From Xanthobacteraceae bacterium (GTDB lineage: Bacteria; Pseudomonadota; Alphaproteobacteria; Rhizobiales; Xanthobacteraceae), in assembly GCA_049286035.1 (NCBI GenBank), contig JBAQBC010000118.1, positions 5,028-69,027 of the forward strand: DNA of 64,000 nt, given 5' to 3'. Shown piece by piece: positions 27,075 to 36,639 of this stretch; position 1 is the stretch's first letter; every line of letters begins with the position of its first letter. A program made the position numbers and the translations under genes. The notes under the pieces were generated by a model. The model ran no database searches and was not told where the DNA came from. It saw nothing but the letters and a program-made list of their open reading frames with translations.

Positions 27075-28808
27075 ATGAGCCTTATGGACCTGCCGCCCAC
27101 GGTGCCCCCTGATAACCGCAGCCGCGGCGGGGGCGGGCGGCGTCGGGCCCCGCGCACGCCAAAAGGCCGTCAGGTCGATCCGCAGGCGCGCGAACAAATA
27201 CGCGCGCTCCTTGGCGACCGCGAGCGCCGCCGCGATCTTTTGATCGAGCATTTGCATCTCATTCAGGATCGTTACGGTCATCTCTCCGCCGCGCATCTTG
27301 CCGCCCTGGCGGAGGAGATGCGGCTCGCTTTGACCGAGGTGTACGAGGTCGCAACCTTCTACGCGCATTTCGACGTGGTGAAGGAAGGCGATACGCCACC
27401 GCCCGCGGTGACGGTGCGCGTCTGCGATTCGCTGTCCTGTGCGCTCAAAGGCGCGGAGCGGCTTTTCGCTGAACTGCCGAACAAGCTCGGGCCGGGCGTA
27501 CGCGTCGTGCGCGCGCCGTGCATGGGCGCCTGCGATCACGCGCCGGTTTGCGCGGTCGGGCATGTTCAGGTCGTGCAGGCCGATACCGGTAAAGTGGCCG
27601 CGGCCGCGGCGCGCCTTCCGCATCCGCATGTCTATCCAACGCCGACGCCGTTCGATGCTTATTGCCGCGACGGCGGCTATGCGCTGCTCAAGTCATGTCT
27701 CGCTGGCGCACGCAGCCGCGACGAGATCACCAAAATCGTCAGCGACGCTGGTTTGCGCGGCCTCGGTGGCGCCGGCTTTCCCACCGGACGCAAATGGTCG
27801 CTGGTCCGTGCTGAACCGGCGCCGCGGCTGTTCGCCGTCAATGCCGACGAAGGCGAGCCCGGAACGTTCAAGGACCGCTTCTATCTCGAACGCGATCCGC
27901 ATCGGTTCATCGAGGGCATGCTGATCGCTGCTTGGGTGGTCGAGGCCGCCGACACTTATGTTTACGTCCGTGATGAATATCCCGAAGTGCGGCTTCTCCT
28001 TGCCGAGGAAATCGCCAAGGTGGAACGGGCGGGGCTCGCCAAGCACAGCAGGATGCATCTACGCCGTGGCGCCGGCGCCTATATCTGCGGCGAAGAATCC
28101 GCGATGATTGAATCAATCGAAGGCAAGCGCGGCCTGCCGCGGCACCGGCCGCCTTACGTCGCTCAGGTCGGCCTGTTCGGCCGCCCCACGCTCGAACAGA
28201 ATGTCGAGACACTGTTCTGGGTGCGCGACATTGTCGAGCGCGGGGCCGATTTCTTCACCTCGCAGGGCCGGCATGAGCGCAAAGGCTTCCGCAGCTTTTC
28301 GGTCTCGGGTCGGGTCAAGAATCCCGGCGTCAAGCTCGCGCCCGCCGGCGTCACCGTGCGCGAACTGATCGACGAATTCTGCGGCGGCATGGCCGATGGC
28401 CACCTCTTCAAGGGCTATCTGCCGGGCGGCGCCTCCGGCGGTATTTTGCCGGCCTCCATGGCCGATATCCCGCTCGATTTCGGCACGCTGGAAAAGTACG
28501 GCTGTTTCGTTGGGTCGCATGCGGTTGTGATCCTGTCCGATCAGGACGATATGAAAGCCGTGGCGCTTAATTTGATGAAGTTCTTCGAAGACGAGAGCTG
28601 CGGCCAATGCACGCCCTGCCGGGTCGGCACCGAAAAGGCAGCGCAGCTTATGGCCAACGGCCCCTGGGATGCCGCGCTTCTCGACGAACTGTCCACGCTC
28701 ATGCGGGATGCCTCGATTTGCGGACTCGGACAGGCGGCGCCGAACCCGTTGCTGTGCGTGTTAAAGTATTTTCCGGATGAACTGACCAAACCGCTGGGAC
28801 ATTGGTGA
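27075..28808 (+). CDS. NAD-dependent formate dehydrogenase diaphorase subunit (fused NuoE-like + NuoF-like)
   Basis: 577 aa. A NuoE-type 2Fe-2S module (VCDSLSCALKG...CMGACDHAP), then a NuoF-type module (GLRGLGGAGFPTGRKW, ESCGQCTPCRVG). SD AAGAGGAA. Confidence 0.88.
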   Translation: MSLMDLPPTVPPDNRSRGGGGRRRAPRTPKGRQVDPQAREQIRALLGDRERRRDLLIEHLHLIQDRYGHLSAAHLAALAEEMRLALTEVYEVATFYAHFDVVKEGDTPPPAVTVRVCDSLSCALKGAERLFAELPNKLGPGVRVVRAPCMGACDHAPVCAVGHVQVVQADTGKVAAAAARLPHPHVYPTPTPFDAYCRDGGYALLKSCLAGARSRDEITKIVSDAGLRGLGGAGFPTGRKWSLVRAEPAPRLFAVNADEGEPGTFKDRFYLERDPHRFIEGMLIAAWVVEAADTYVYVRDEYPEVRLLLAEEIAKVERAGLAKHSRMHLRRGAGAYICGEESAMIESIEGKRGLPRHRPPYVAQVGLFGRPTLEQNVETLFWVRDIVERGADFFTSQGRHERKGFRSFSVSGRVKNPGVKLAPAGVTVRELIDEFCGGMADGHLFKGYLPGGASGGILPASMADIPLDFGTLEKYGCFVGSHAVVILSDQDDMKAVALNLMKFFEDESCGQCTPCRVGTEKAAQLMANGPWDAALLDELSTLMRDASICGLGQAAPNPLLCVLKYFPDELTKPLGHW

Positions 28809-28823
28809 TCCAAGGTCTGCACA

Positions 28824-31640
28824 ATGAGCGATAGCAACAAACCGAAACCTGGCGACCACGGCCACGATTCCTCCGCCAAGACTTTCACGATCGACGACCG
28901 CGAGATCGATATCCGCGCCGGCGAGACGATCTTCCGCGCCGCGCGCCGGCTCGGCATCAAGCTGCCGCATCTGTGCTATTTGCCCAAGCCCGGCTATCGG
29001 CCCGACGGCAATTGCCGCGTCTGCATGGTCGAGATCGAAGGCGAGCGGGTTTTGGCGGCAAGCTGTATCCGCACGCCGTCGCCCGGCATGAAGGTGGACA
29101 CGCAGACCGATCGCGCCAAGATCGCGCGAAAAATGGTCGCCGAACTTCTGGTCACGGATCAGCCGGCGCGCGAGGTGGCGCACGATCCTAATTCCGAACT
29201 GTGGAAGATCGCGACCCGGCTTGAGATCGCGCCGGGCCGCTTCCCGCGCCGTGAAACGCCAGAGCCGGATCGCTCGCACCCGGCCATGGCGGTCAATCTC
29301 GACGCCTGCATCCATTGCAATCTGTGTGTCCGCGCCTGCCGCGAAGTCCAGGTCAATGACGTGATCGGCATGGCCGGCCGCGGCCACGGCGAGAAAATCG
29401 TGTTCGATTTCGACGATCCGATGGGCGCCTCGACCTGCGTCGCCTGCGGGGAATGCGTGCAGGCCTGTCCGACCGGGGCGCTGATGCCGGCGACACTGGT
29501 GGACGCGCACAATGTTTTTACCGGAAAAGCCGACCGCACGGTCGATAGCGTCTGCCCCTATTGCGGTGTTGGCTGCCAGCTCACCTATCACATCAAGGAC
29601 GACAAGCTCCTTTACGTCTCCGGCAGGGATGGGCCGGCGAACGAGAACCGGTTGTGCGTGAAGGGTCGCTTTGGCTTCGACTACGTCCACAATCCGCAGC
29701 GGCTCCTCAAGCCCATGATCCGCAAGGACGGCGTGCCGAAAATTCCGCACGAGCGGATCGACCCGTCCAATCCGTGGACGCATTTTCGCGAGGCGACCTG
29801 GGAAGAGGCGCTTGATCATGCTGCGTCTGGCTTGAAAAAGATCCGCGACCGCGACGGGTCGCGGGCGCTCGCCGGTTTCGGCTCGGCCAAGGGTTCGAAC
29901 GAAGAAGCTTATTTGTTCCAGAAGCTCGTCCGCACCGGCTTCGGCACCAACAATGTCGATCACTGCACGCGGCTGTGCCATGCTTCATCGGTCGCCGCGC
30001 TGATGGAGGGGATCGGCTCGGGCGCGGTGTCGGCGACCTTCAACGAGTGCAAGAACTCGGAAGTCATTTTCGTTATCGGCGCCAATCCGACCGAAAATCA
30101 TCCCGTTGCCGCGACCTATTTCAAGCAGGCGGCCAAGCGCGGCTCGACGCTGATCGTGGCCGATCCGCGCGGTCAGGCGCTCAAGCGCCACGCCACCCAC
30201 ATGCTGCAATTCAAGCCGGGCACAGACGTCGCTCTGCTCAACGGCATGCTCAACACCATCGTCGCCGAAAAACTTTACGACCAGCAGTACATCCAGACTT
30301 ATGTCGAAGGTTTCAAACAGTTTGCCGAGAGCATCAAGGAATACACGCCGGAGGAAATGGCGCCGATCTGCGGCGTCGAACCCGACATCATCCGCACCGT
30401 GGCGCGCAAATTCGCCCGCGCCAAATCGGCGATCATCTTTTGGGGCATGGGAATTTCCCAACATACCCACGGCACCGATAATGCGCGCTGCCTGATCGCG
30501 CTGTCGCTGATCACCGGCCAGATCGGCCGGCCGGGCACCGGGCTGCATCCCTTGCGCGGCCAGAACAACGTGCAAGGCGCCTCCGACGCCGGACTTATTC
30601 CGATGTTCTTCCCCGACTACAAGTCGGTCGAGGACCCGCAAATTCGCGGGCGCGTCGAAGCCGCCTGGGGCACCAAGCTTGATCCGAAGAAGGGGCTCAC
30701 CGTCGTCGAAATCATGGATGCCGTCCACGCCGACGTGATCAAGGGCATGTACATCATGGGTGAAAATCCCGCGATGTCAGACCCTGATCTTAATCACGCG
30801 CGCAAGGCGCTCGCTCATCTCGAGCATCTCGTCGTGCAGGACCTGTTCCTCACCGAGACCGCGGTTTACGCCGACGTCGTGCTGCCGGCCTCGGCCTGGC
30901 CGGAAAAGGACGGCACCGTCACCAACACCAATCGCCAAGTGCAGATGGGCCGGCAGGCGCTGCCGCTGCCGGGCGACACCCGGCACGACTGGTGGCTCAT
31001 CCAGGAAATTGGCCGCCGCATCGGGCTGCCGTGGAACTACAGTGGACCGGACGAGATCTACACCGAGATGGCATCGCTGATGCCTTCCCTCGACAATATT
31101 TCCTGGGAGCGCGTGCAGCGCGAGAGCGCGGTCACTTATCCGGCCGACGCGCCGGATCAACCGGGCCGCGACGTGGTGTTCGAGAAAGGCTTCCCGCGGC
31201 CGGGCGGCTTCGGCAAGCTGGTCGCGGCCAAGCTGCAGCCGCCCGACGAGACGCCGAACGACGAATATCCGTTCATCCTCACCACCGGCCGTCAGCTCGA
31301 ACACTGGCATACCGGCGCCATGACGCGGCGCGCGACCACGCTCGACGCGCTCGAGCCGAGCGCGGTCGCCTCGGTGTCGCGCGGCACCCTCGCCAAGCTC
31401 GGCATCAAGCCGGGCGATTCGATCCGGGTTTCGACCCGCCGCGGCGTCGTCGAATTGGCGGCGCGGCAGGACGACGCCATTCCCGACGGCGTGGTCTTCA
31501 TTCCGTTTGCCTTCGTCGAAGCTGCGGCCAACCTTCTGACCAATCCGGCACTCGATCCGTTCGGCAAGATTCCAGAATTCAAATATTGCGCCGCCCGCGT
31601 CGAAGCGGTCGATCCGGCGACGCAAGTGGCGGCGGAGTAG
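28824..31640 (+). CDS. formate dehydrogenase catalytic (alpha) subunit, Mo/W-bisPGD, Cys-type
   Basis: 938 aa. N-terminal 2Fe-2S and 4Fe-4S Cys clusters (CIHCNLCVRACREVQ, CVACGECVQACPTGAL, CPYCGVGCQL), the MopB domain, and the active-site region NNVDHCTRLCHASS. Confidence 0.9.
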   Translation: MSDSNKPKPGDHGHDSSAKTFTIDDREIDIRAGETIFRAARRLGIKLPHLCYLPKPGYRPDGNCRVCMVEIEGERVLAASCIRTPSPGMKVDTQTDRAKIARKMVAELLVTDQPAREVAHDPNSELWKIATRLEIAPGRFPRRETPEPDRSHPAMAVNLDACIHCNLCVRACREVQVNDVIGMAGRGHGEKIVFDFDDPMGASTCVACGECVQACPTGALMPATLVDAHNVFTGKADRTVDSVCPYCGVGCQLTYHIKDDKLLYVSGRDGPANENRLCVKGRFGFDYVHNPQRLLKPMIRKDGVPKIPHERIDPSNPWTHFREATWEEALDHAASGLKKIRDRDGSRALAGFGSAKGSNEEAYLFQKLVRTGFGTNNVDHCTRLCHASSVAALMEGIGSGAVSATFNECKNSEVIFVIGANPTENHPVAATYFKQAAKRGSTLIVADPRGQALKRHATHMLQFKPGTDVALLNGMLNTIVAEKLYDQQYIQTYVEGFKQFAESIKEYTPEEMAPICGVEPDIIRTVARKFARAKSAIIFWGMGISQHTHGTDNARCLIALSLITGQIGRPGTGLHPLRGQNNVQGASDAGLIPMFFPDYKSVEDPQIRGRVEAAWGTKLDPKKGLTVVEIMDAVHADVIKGMYIMGENPAMSDPDLNHARKALAHLEHLVVQDLFLTETAVYADVVLPASAWPEKDGTVTNTNRQVQMGRQALPLPGDTRHDWWLIQEIGRRIGLPWNYSGPDEIYTEMASLMPSLDNISWERVQRESAVTYPADAPDQPGRDVVFEKGFPRPGGFGKLVAAKLQPPDETPNDEYPFILTTGRQLEHWHTGAMTRRATTLDALEPSAVASVSRGTLAKLGIKPGDSIRVSTRRGVVELAARQDDAIPDGVVFIPFAFVEAAANLLTNPALDPFGKIPEFKYCAARVEAVDPATQVAAE

Positions 31641-31682
31641 GCTGAAATCCCCGGGCGCGCAGGGCATCGAAGCGGGTTTTCC

Positions 31683-31775
31683 GTCATCCTGAGGTGCGAG
31701 CGCAGCGAGCCTCGAAGGATGAACGCCCGAGGCCGTCGCCCTTCGAGGGCCGCTTCGCGGCCACCTCAGGGTGAC
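31683..31775. repeat. long imperfect palindromic REP between the convergent FDH and DUF3297 genes
   Basis: GTCATCCTGAGGTG...CCTCGAAGG...CCTTCGAGG...CACCTCAGGGTGAC. The outer and inner arms pair. This is a common Bradyrhizobiaceae-type REP (from memory). Confidence 0.65.
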
Positions 31776-31789
31776 GATAGAAGGCTCTA

Positions 31790-32062
31790 TTATTTTTTCT
31801 CGTTCTTAAAATACGCCTCGACCGGTCCGGTGAGCTTGATCGTCAGCGGATTGCCGTAGCGATCCTTGCTCTTGCCCACCTCGACCCGAATCCAGCCTTC
31901 GCTGACGCAATATTCGCTGACATTGGTCTTCTCGACGCCCTTGAATCGTATGCCGACATCGCGCGTAAGCGCGTCGCCGTCATAATACGGGCTTCCCGGG
32001 TTATTGGAGAGGCGATCGGGTGGCTTGTCGGACTTTTGTTTCTTGCTGGACTTCTCGGCCAT
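31790..32062 (-). CDS. DUF3297-family small protein
   Basis: 90 aa: PPDRLSNNPGSPYYDGDALTRDVGIRFKGVEKTNVSEYCVSEGWIRV matches my memory of DUF3297. Confidence 0.7.
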   Translation of the reverse strand: MAEKSSKKQKSDKPPDRLSNNPGSPYYDGDALTRDVGIRFKGVEKTNVSEYCVSEGWIRVEVGKSKDRYGNPLTIKLTGPVEAYFKNEKK

Positions 32063-32243
32063 GGCACGCTGATCCCTTGTCGAAACCGCTTGTTCCTTTA
32101 CGCGCTCTAAGGCGGGATTCCGATTAAGTTGAATTACTGTGCGTCCCTAACAATTTTTTTGCGTATGATCTTATCCGACCCGCCTTCGCCCGCCGAAGCA
32201 TCGATCAAACCGCCAACATCTTTACCAGGGCTTCGCGCAGGCG

Positions 32244-32257
32244 GGAAACCGGTTTCC
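32244..32257. repeat. REP core palindrome GGAAACCGGTTTCC just after the Bug gene stop
   Basis: Perfect 14-bp palindrome embedded in the ...GCGGGAAACCGGTTTCCACTTTTCGGGACCATGC repeat type. Confidence 0.5.
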
Positions 32258-32275
32258 ACTTTTCGGGACCATGCG

Positions 32276-33253
32276 CTAGTCCGTCGGCGCGATATTGGCG
32301 TCCTTGCCGAGCTGCACCATGGCCGCCACGTCGCCGGCAAAGAATTTGCCGAACTGGTCCGGCGTCATCGGCATGGGATCGACGCCGAGCTGTTGCAATT
32401 TCTCTCGGATGGCCGGTGTCATCAGCGCCGTGTTGATCTCGCGATTGAGCTTCACGACGATCATCGGCGAGATCCCGGCCGGCGCTGAAACGCCACCCCA
32501 GAACAGATATTCGGCGTTCGGGTAACCGGCTTCGGCGACGGTTGGGACCTCGGGCAGCAATTGCGCGCGCTTTGGTGTCGAAACCGCAAGCGCGATCACC
32601 TGACCTTGCTTGATCAACGGTAGCGCCGGCGCGATCGGCAGGAAATAGAAATCGATCCGCCCCGTTACCAAGTCGGCCAGCGCCTCGACCGGGCCGCGAT
32701 AGGGGATGTGCTGCACTTGCAGGGCGGCGGCGAGGCGGAAACGCTCGCCGGCAATATGCGAGGCGGAGCCGATTCCGGCCGATGCAAAATTGAGCTCGCC
32801 GGGTCTCGCTTTGGCGGCGGCCACAAGCTCGGCCACGGTCTTGAAACCTTTGCCCGGCGCGGCCACGAGCACGCTCGGCTGCGCGCCGAGCATTGCGATC
32901 GGTTCGAGGTCGCGCAGCTCGTCGTAGGGGAGCGAGCGGTGCAAAATGACCGCGGAACTCATCGAGGCCGAGCTTAAGAGCAGCGTGTAGCCGTCCGGTT
33001 CGGCGTGAACCACCGAAGCGACGCCGACAACGCCGCCGCCGCCGGACCGGTTCTCGACGACGAATGCCTGGCCGATCTGCTGGCCGACCTGATCGAACAC
33101 GAGCCGTGCCACGATGTCGTTGGCGCTGCCGGCGGTGAACGGGCTGACGACCAGCACGGGGCGGGCTGGCCAGTCCTGCGCGAGAGCCGGGCGTGCGAAG
33201 CCGATCCCAGCCAGAAGGGCGATCAATACAAAGTGAGGGTTCCGCAACTTCAT
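32276..33253 (-). CDS. Bug-family (TctC-like) substrate-binding protein
   Basis: 325 aa. Signal peptide [25 protein letters not shown], then [24 protein letters not shown] and [13 protein letters not shown]. Confidence 0.85.
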   Translation of the reverse strand: MKLRNPHFVLIALLAGIGFARPALAQDWPARPVLVVSPFTAGSANDIVARLVFDQVGQQIGQAFVVENRSGGGGVVGVASVVHAEPDGYTLLLSSASMSSAVILHRSLPYDELRDLEPIAMLGAQPSVLVAAPGKGFKTVAELVAAAKARPGELNFASAGIGSASHIAGERFRLAAALQVQHIPYRGPVEALADLVTGRIDFYFLPIAPALPLIKQGQVIALAVSTPKRAQLLPEVPTVAEAGYPNAEYLFWGGVSAPAGISPMIVVKLNREINTALMTPAIREKLQQLGVDPMPMTPDQFGKFFAGDVAAMVQLGKDANIAPTD

Positions 33254-33345
33254 GGCGCCGTCATTGTGATATGAACGGCGGTCGCCCGCCAGCCCGATCA
33301 GCCGGTCGGTTTCGCCGGCGTGCCGATCCAGGCTACACTTACCTC

Positions 33346-34332
33346 ATGTCGCTTGCTGCTGACGATTCCTCAACGCTGCCCGATCTTTGCCGCGCCCGAC
33401 ACGATTGGACGCGGGCCGAGATCGGCGCGCTGTTCGACCTGCCGTTCCCCGAATTGATCTTTCGCGCGCAAAGCATCCATCGCCAGTATTTTGATCCAAC
33501 CGAAGTGCAGATTTCGACGCTACTGTCGATCAAGACCGGCGGCTGTCCGGAAGATTGCGCTTATTGCCCGCAGAGCGCGCGTTACGACACGGGCATCCAT
33601 GCCGAAAAGCTCATGGCGCTTGACGCCGTGCTCGCCGAAGCGCGCGCGGCCAAGTCCGCCGGCGCGAGCCGGTTCTGCATGGGTGCGGCCTGGCGTTCGC
33701 CCAAGGACCGCGATCTTGAGCACGTCTGTGAGATGGTCGAGGCGGTCAAGGGACTGGGGCTCGAGACCTGCGCCACGCTCGGCATGCTGACCGCCGCGCA
33801 AGCGCGCGAGCTCAAGCGCGCTGGCCTCGATTATTACAACCACAACCTCGACACCTCGCTGGAATTCTACCGCGAGATCATCACCACGCGCATCTACCAG
33901 GATCGGCTGGGGACGCTCGAACATGTGCGCGACGCCGGCATCCACGTCTGCTGCGGCGGCATCGTCGGCATGGGCGAGACCCGCGCCGACCGCATCGGCA
34001 TGATCGCGGCGCTGGCATCGCTTCCGGTGCATCCGGAATCGGTGCCGATCAATATGCTGGTCCGCGTCGCCGGCACGCCGCTCGCCGATCAACCGCCGCT
34101 CGATCCATTCGAATTCGTCCGCACTATTGCCGTTGCGCGCATCACGATGCCGCGGTCGATGGTGCGGCTCTCCGCCGGGCGCGAGGAAATGAGCGAGGAG
34201 ACGCAGGCCCTCTGCTTTCTCGCCGGCGCCAATTCGATCTTCTACGGCCCCAAGCTTCTCACCACGGGAAATCCGAAGCGCGACCGCGATCGCGTGCTGA
34301 TGGATAAGCTCGGCTTGAGCCCGATGGAATAA
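33346..34332 (+). CDS. bioB: biotin synthase
   Basis: Radical-SAM motif [13 protein letters not shown], then [16 protein letters not shown] and [10 protein letters not shown]. The ATG 33346 start avoids overlap with the divergent Bug gene. Confidence 0.92.
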   Translation: MSLAADDSSTLPDLCRARHDWTRAEIGALFDLPFPELIFRAQSIHRQYFDPTEVQISTLLSIKTGGCPEDCAYCPQSARYDTGIHAEKLMALDAVLAEARAAKSAGASRFCMGAAWRSPKDRDLEHVCEMVEAVKGLGLETCATLGMLTAAQARELKRAGLDYYNHNLDTSLEFYREIITTRIYQDRLGTLEHVRDAGIHVCCGGIVGMGETRADRIGMIAALASLPVHPESVPINMLVRVAGTPLADQPPLDPFEFVRTIAVARITMPRSMVRLSAGREEMSEETQALCFLAGANSIFYGPKLLTTGNPKRDRDRVLMDKLGLSPME

Positions 34333-34382
34333 CGACTCGCGTCACTCACTCACCGAAATCCGACTGTCAGGGATTATTATCA

Positions 34383-35021
34383 ATGCGTGCAGCATTTTCG
34401 ATCATCGGCGCCTGTTTAGTGGCCGTCGCCATCGGCGTACTCTCGGCGTCGGCGTTCGGCGAAGGCTTTGACGACACTCTCAGTCGCGACGCGGTGCTCC
34501 GCGATCCGGAAATTCCTGCGCTCGGCAATCCGCAAGGCGACCTGACCGTCGTCGAATATTTCGACTATCAGTGCCCATTTTGCAAAAAGCTCGCGCCGGA
34601 AATCGCGCAGGTCGTGCGCGAGGACGGCAAAATCCGGCTGGTGCTCAAAGACTGGCCGATCTTCGGTGCGGTATCGAAGTCGGCCGCGCAGTTGGCGCTG
34701 GCGGCAAAATATCAGAACAAATATCCGGAGGCGCATGACGCATTGATCGGCGCCAAGGAGAAATTGAGCGACGCCAACATTGCGGAACTTCTTACCAAGG
34801 CCGGCGTCGATGTCGAAAAGGCCAAGCAGGATCTGCAGGCGCATCAGAAGATCATCGAGGATGTCTTGATCCGCAACGACAAGCAGGCCGATGCCTTCGG
34901 CTTTCAGGGCACGCCCGCCTTCATCGTCGGGTTCTTCCGCGTGCCGGGCGTGGTCGAGATGAAAGTGTTCAAGCAGATCATCGCCGACGCGCGGACGGCA
35001 GCGAAGAAGCGCAAAACCTAA
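34383..35021 (+). CDS. DsbA-family thiol:disulfide oxidoreductase
   Basis: Signal peptide, a CPFC active site (EYFDYQCPFCKKL), and a C-terminal GTPAFIV motif. Confidence 0.85.
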   Translation: MRAAFSIIGACLVAVAIGVLSASAFGEGFDDTLSRDAVLRDPEIPALGNPQGDLTVVEYFDYQCPFCKKLAPEIAQVVREDGKIRLVLKDWPIFGAVSKSAAQLALAAKYQNKYPEAHDALIGAKEKLSDANIAELLTKAGVDVEKAKQDLQAHQKIIEDVLIRNDKQADAFGFQGTPAFIVGFFRVPGVVEMKVFKQIIADARTAAKKRKT

Positions 35022-35032
35022 TCGCGAATCGT

Positions 35033-36634
35033 CTATGTCCCCGCGGCGCCGCCGTCGGCCCGCGGGTCATGCGCGCCCTCGCAAGTGCCGTCCGGATGCA
35101 GCACGACGGCGCCGGCATGGCCCATGATGTCCGAATGCCGCTCCGGCACCAGATCGATGTCATGGCCGGCAGCGGCGAGCGCCTCGACGACGCTTTCGTC
35201 GAAGCGCGGCTCGAGACGCAGTGAGGTTCGCGCCGCGCCCCAGGTGCGGCCGAGCACCCAGCGCGGCCGGTCGATCGCTTCCGGCAGGGGCTCGCGGAAA
35301 TCCACATGGCGGGTGAAGACTGCGCTTTGCGTCTGCGGCTGACCGTCGCCGCCCATGCAGCCGTAGGCCATGATGCGCCCGTCCTGGAGCACGGCGAGTG
35401 CCGGGTTGAGCGTGTGGAACGGCAGCCGGCCGGGGCTGAGATAATTGAGCGCGCCGGATTGCAGCGAAAAGCTCGCGCCGCGGTTCTGCATCAATAGTCC
35501 CGTGGCCGGCAGCACGCAGCCGGAGCCGAATTCCCAATAGAGCGATTGGATATAGGAAACGACGAGACCGGACGTATCGGCCGCGCCCATCCAGATCGTG
35601 TCGCCGGCATTCGGCGTGAGCGGCCAAGGGGCCGCCTTCCGGCGGTCGATCTTCATCGCTTCGCCGGCGAGGTAACGGTCTTCGAGCACGCGCTGCAGCG
35701 AATGGGAGAGATAGTTCGGATCGGTGATGAGCCGGTCGCGCATTCGCAATGCGCGCTTGGTCGCCTCGACGAGGCCGTGAATGTGGTCAAAGCCTTCCGC
35801 CTCGCGCACGCCAAGGCGCGCGAACAATGCCAAGATCATCAGCGAGACGGCGCCTTGCGTCGGTGCGTCGGTGTTAAACAGCGTTCCCGATGCCAATCCG
35901 ACGCGCAGCGGTTCGGCGAGGGTGGCCTGGTAGCGCTCGAGATCGGTCCGCGACAGCGGGCTTTGGATGCGCTCCAGGTCGGCGGCGGTCTCGCGCGCGA
36001 CATCGCCACGATAGAAATCCTCAAGCCCGGCATGCGTCAGTTGTTCAAGCGTGGCGGCGAATGCCTCCTGCTTGAGCATAGCGCCGACTTCGGGAACCTT
36101 GCCGTCGACCAGAAATTGCTCGGCGAAACCGGGCACGTCCTTGAGCCCGCTGAATTGTTCCTCGGTCAATCGCCGCTGACTGCGGGTGACCGTGTAGCCG
36201 TTGCGCGCCTGCGTGATCGCGGGCGTGAGCAGGATTTTGAGGGGCAGTTTCCCGCCACGCGCCTTTGGCGCTTCGCGGGCGAGGATCCAACCGCCGACTG
36301 CGCCGGGCACGGTAAGCGCCGCGAGCGGGCCGCGGGTCGGCATGGCCTTGTAGTCGCGATAAAGCTCGGGCTTGGCCGCTAACGCAGCCGGACCCGCCGC
36401 CATGATGGCGCGAACGCGTCCCGACGGCTCACGGATGATCCAGAAGCCATCGCCGCCGAGATGGTTCATATGCGGATAGACGGCGGCGATCGACGCGGCC
36501 ATAGCGAGCATGGCCTCGATCGCATTGCCGCCCTCGGCGAGGATAGAACGGCCAGCTTCGACCGTCGCAAAATGGGGCGCGCAGACCACCCCACGGCGGT
36601 GCCCGGCGCTATGCAAGCTCACTGGATTGGCCAT
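35033..36634 (-). CDS. gamma-glutamyltransferase-family protein
   Basis: 533 aa. N-terminal GGNAIEAMLAMAASIAAVYPHMNHLGGDGF, a candidate autoprocessing site GDTIWMGAAD, and C-terminal DPRADGGAAG. Confidence 0.8.
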   Translation of the reverse strand: MANPVSLHSAGHRRGVVCAPHFATVEAGRSILAEGGNAIEAMLAMAASIAAVYPHMNHLGGDGFWIIREPSGRVRAIMAAGPAALAAKPELYRDYKAMPTRGPLAALTVPGAVGGWILAREAPKARGGKLPLKILLTPAITQARNGYTVTRSQRRLTEEQFSGLKDVPGFAEQFLVDGKVPEVGAMLKQEAFAATLEQLTHAGLEDFYRGDVARETAADLERIQSPLSRTDLERYQATLAEPLRVGLASGTLFNTDAPTQGAVSLMILALFARLGVREAEGFDHIHGLVEATKRALRMRDRLITDPNYLSHSLQRVLEDRYLAGEAMKIDRRKAAPWPLTPNAGDTIWMGAADTSGLVVSYIQSLYWEFGSGCVLPATGLLMQNRGASFSLQSGALNYLSPGRLPFHTLNPALAVLQDGRIMAYGCMGGDGQPQTQSAVFTRHVDFREPLPEAIDRPRWVLGRTWGAARTSLRLEPRFDESVVEALAAAGHDIDLVPERHSDIMGHAGAVVLHPDGTCEGAHDPRADGGAAGT

Positions 36635-36639
36635 TCAAT

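Noticed and set aside
22649-33253. Orphan Bug/TctC binding-protein genes (22649-23617, 32276-33253) without TctA/TctB as a sign of a novel system.
   Set aside because: Large families of orphan Bug-type binding proteins are a known feature of several Alpha- and Betaproteobacteria, so being orphan is not unusual in itself.
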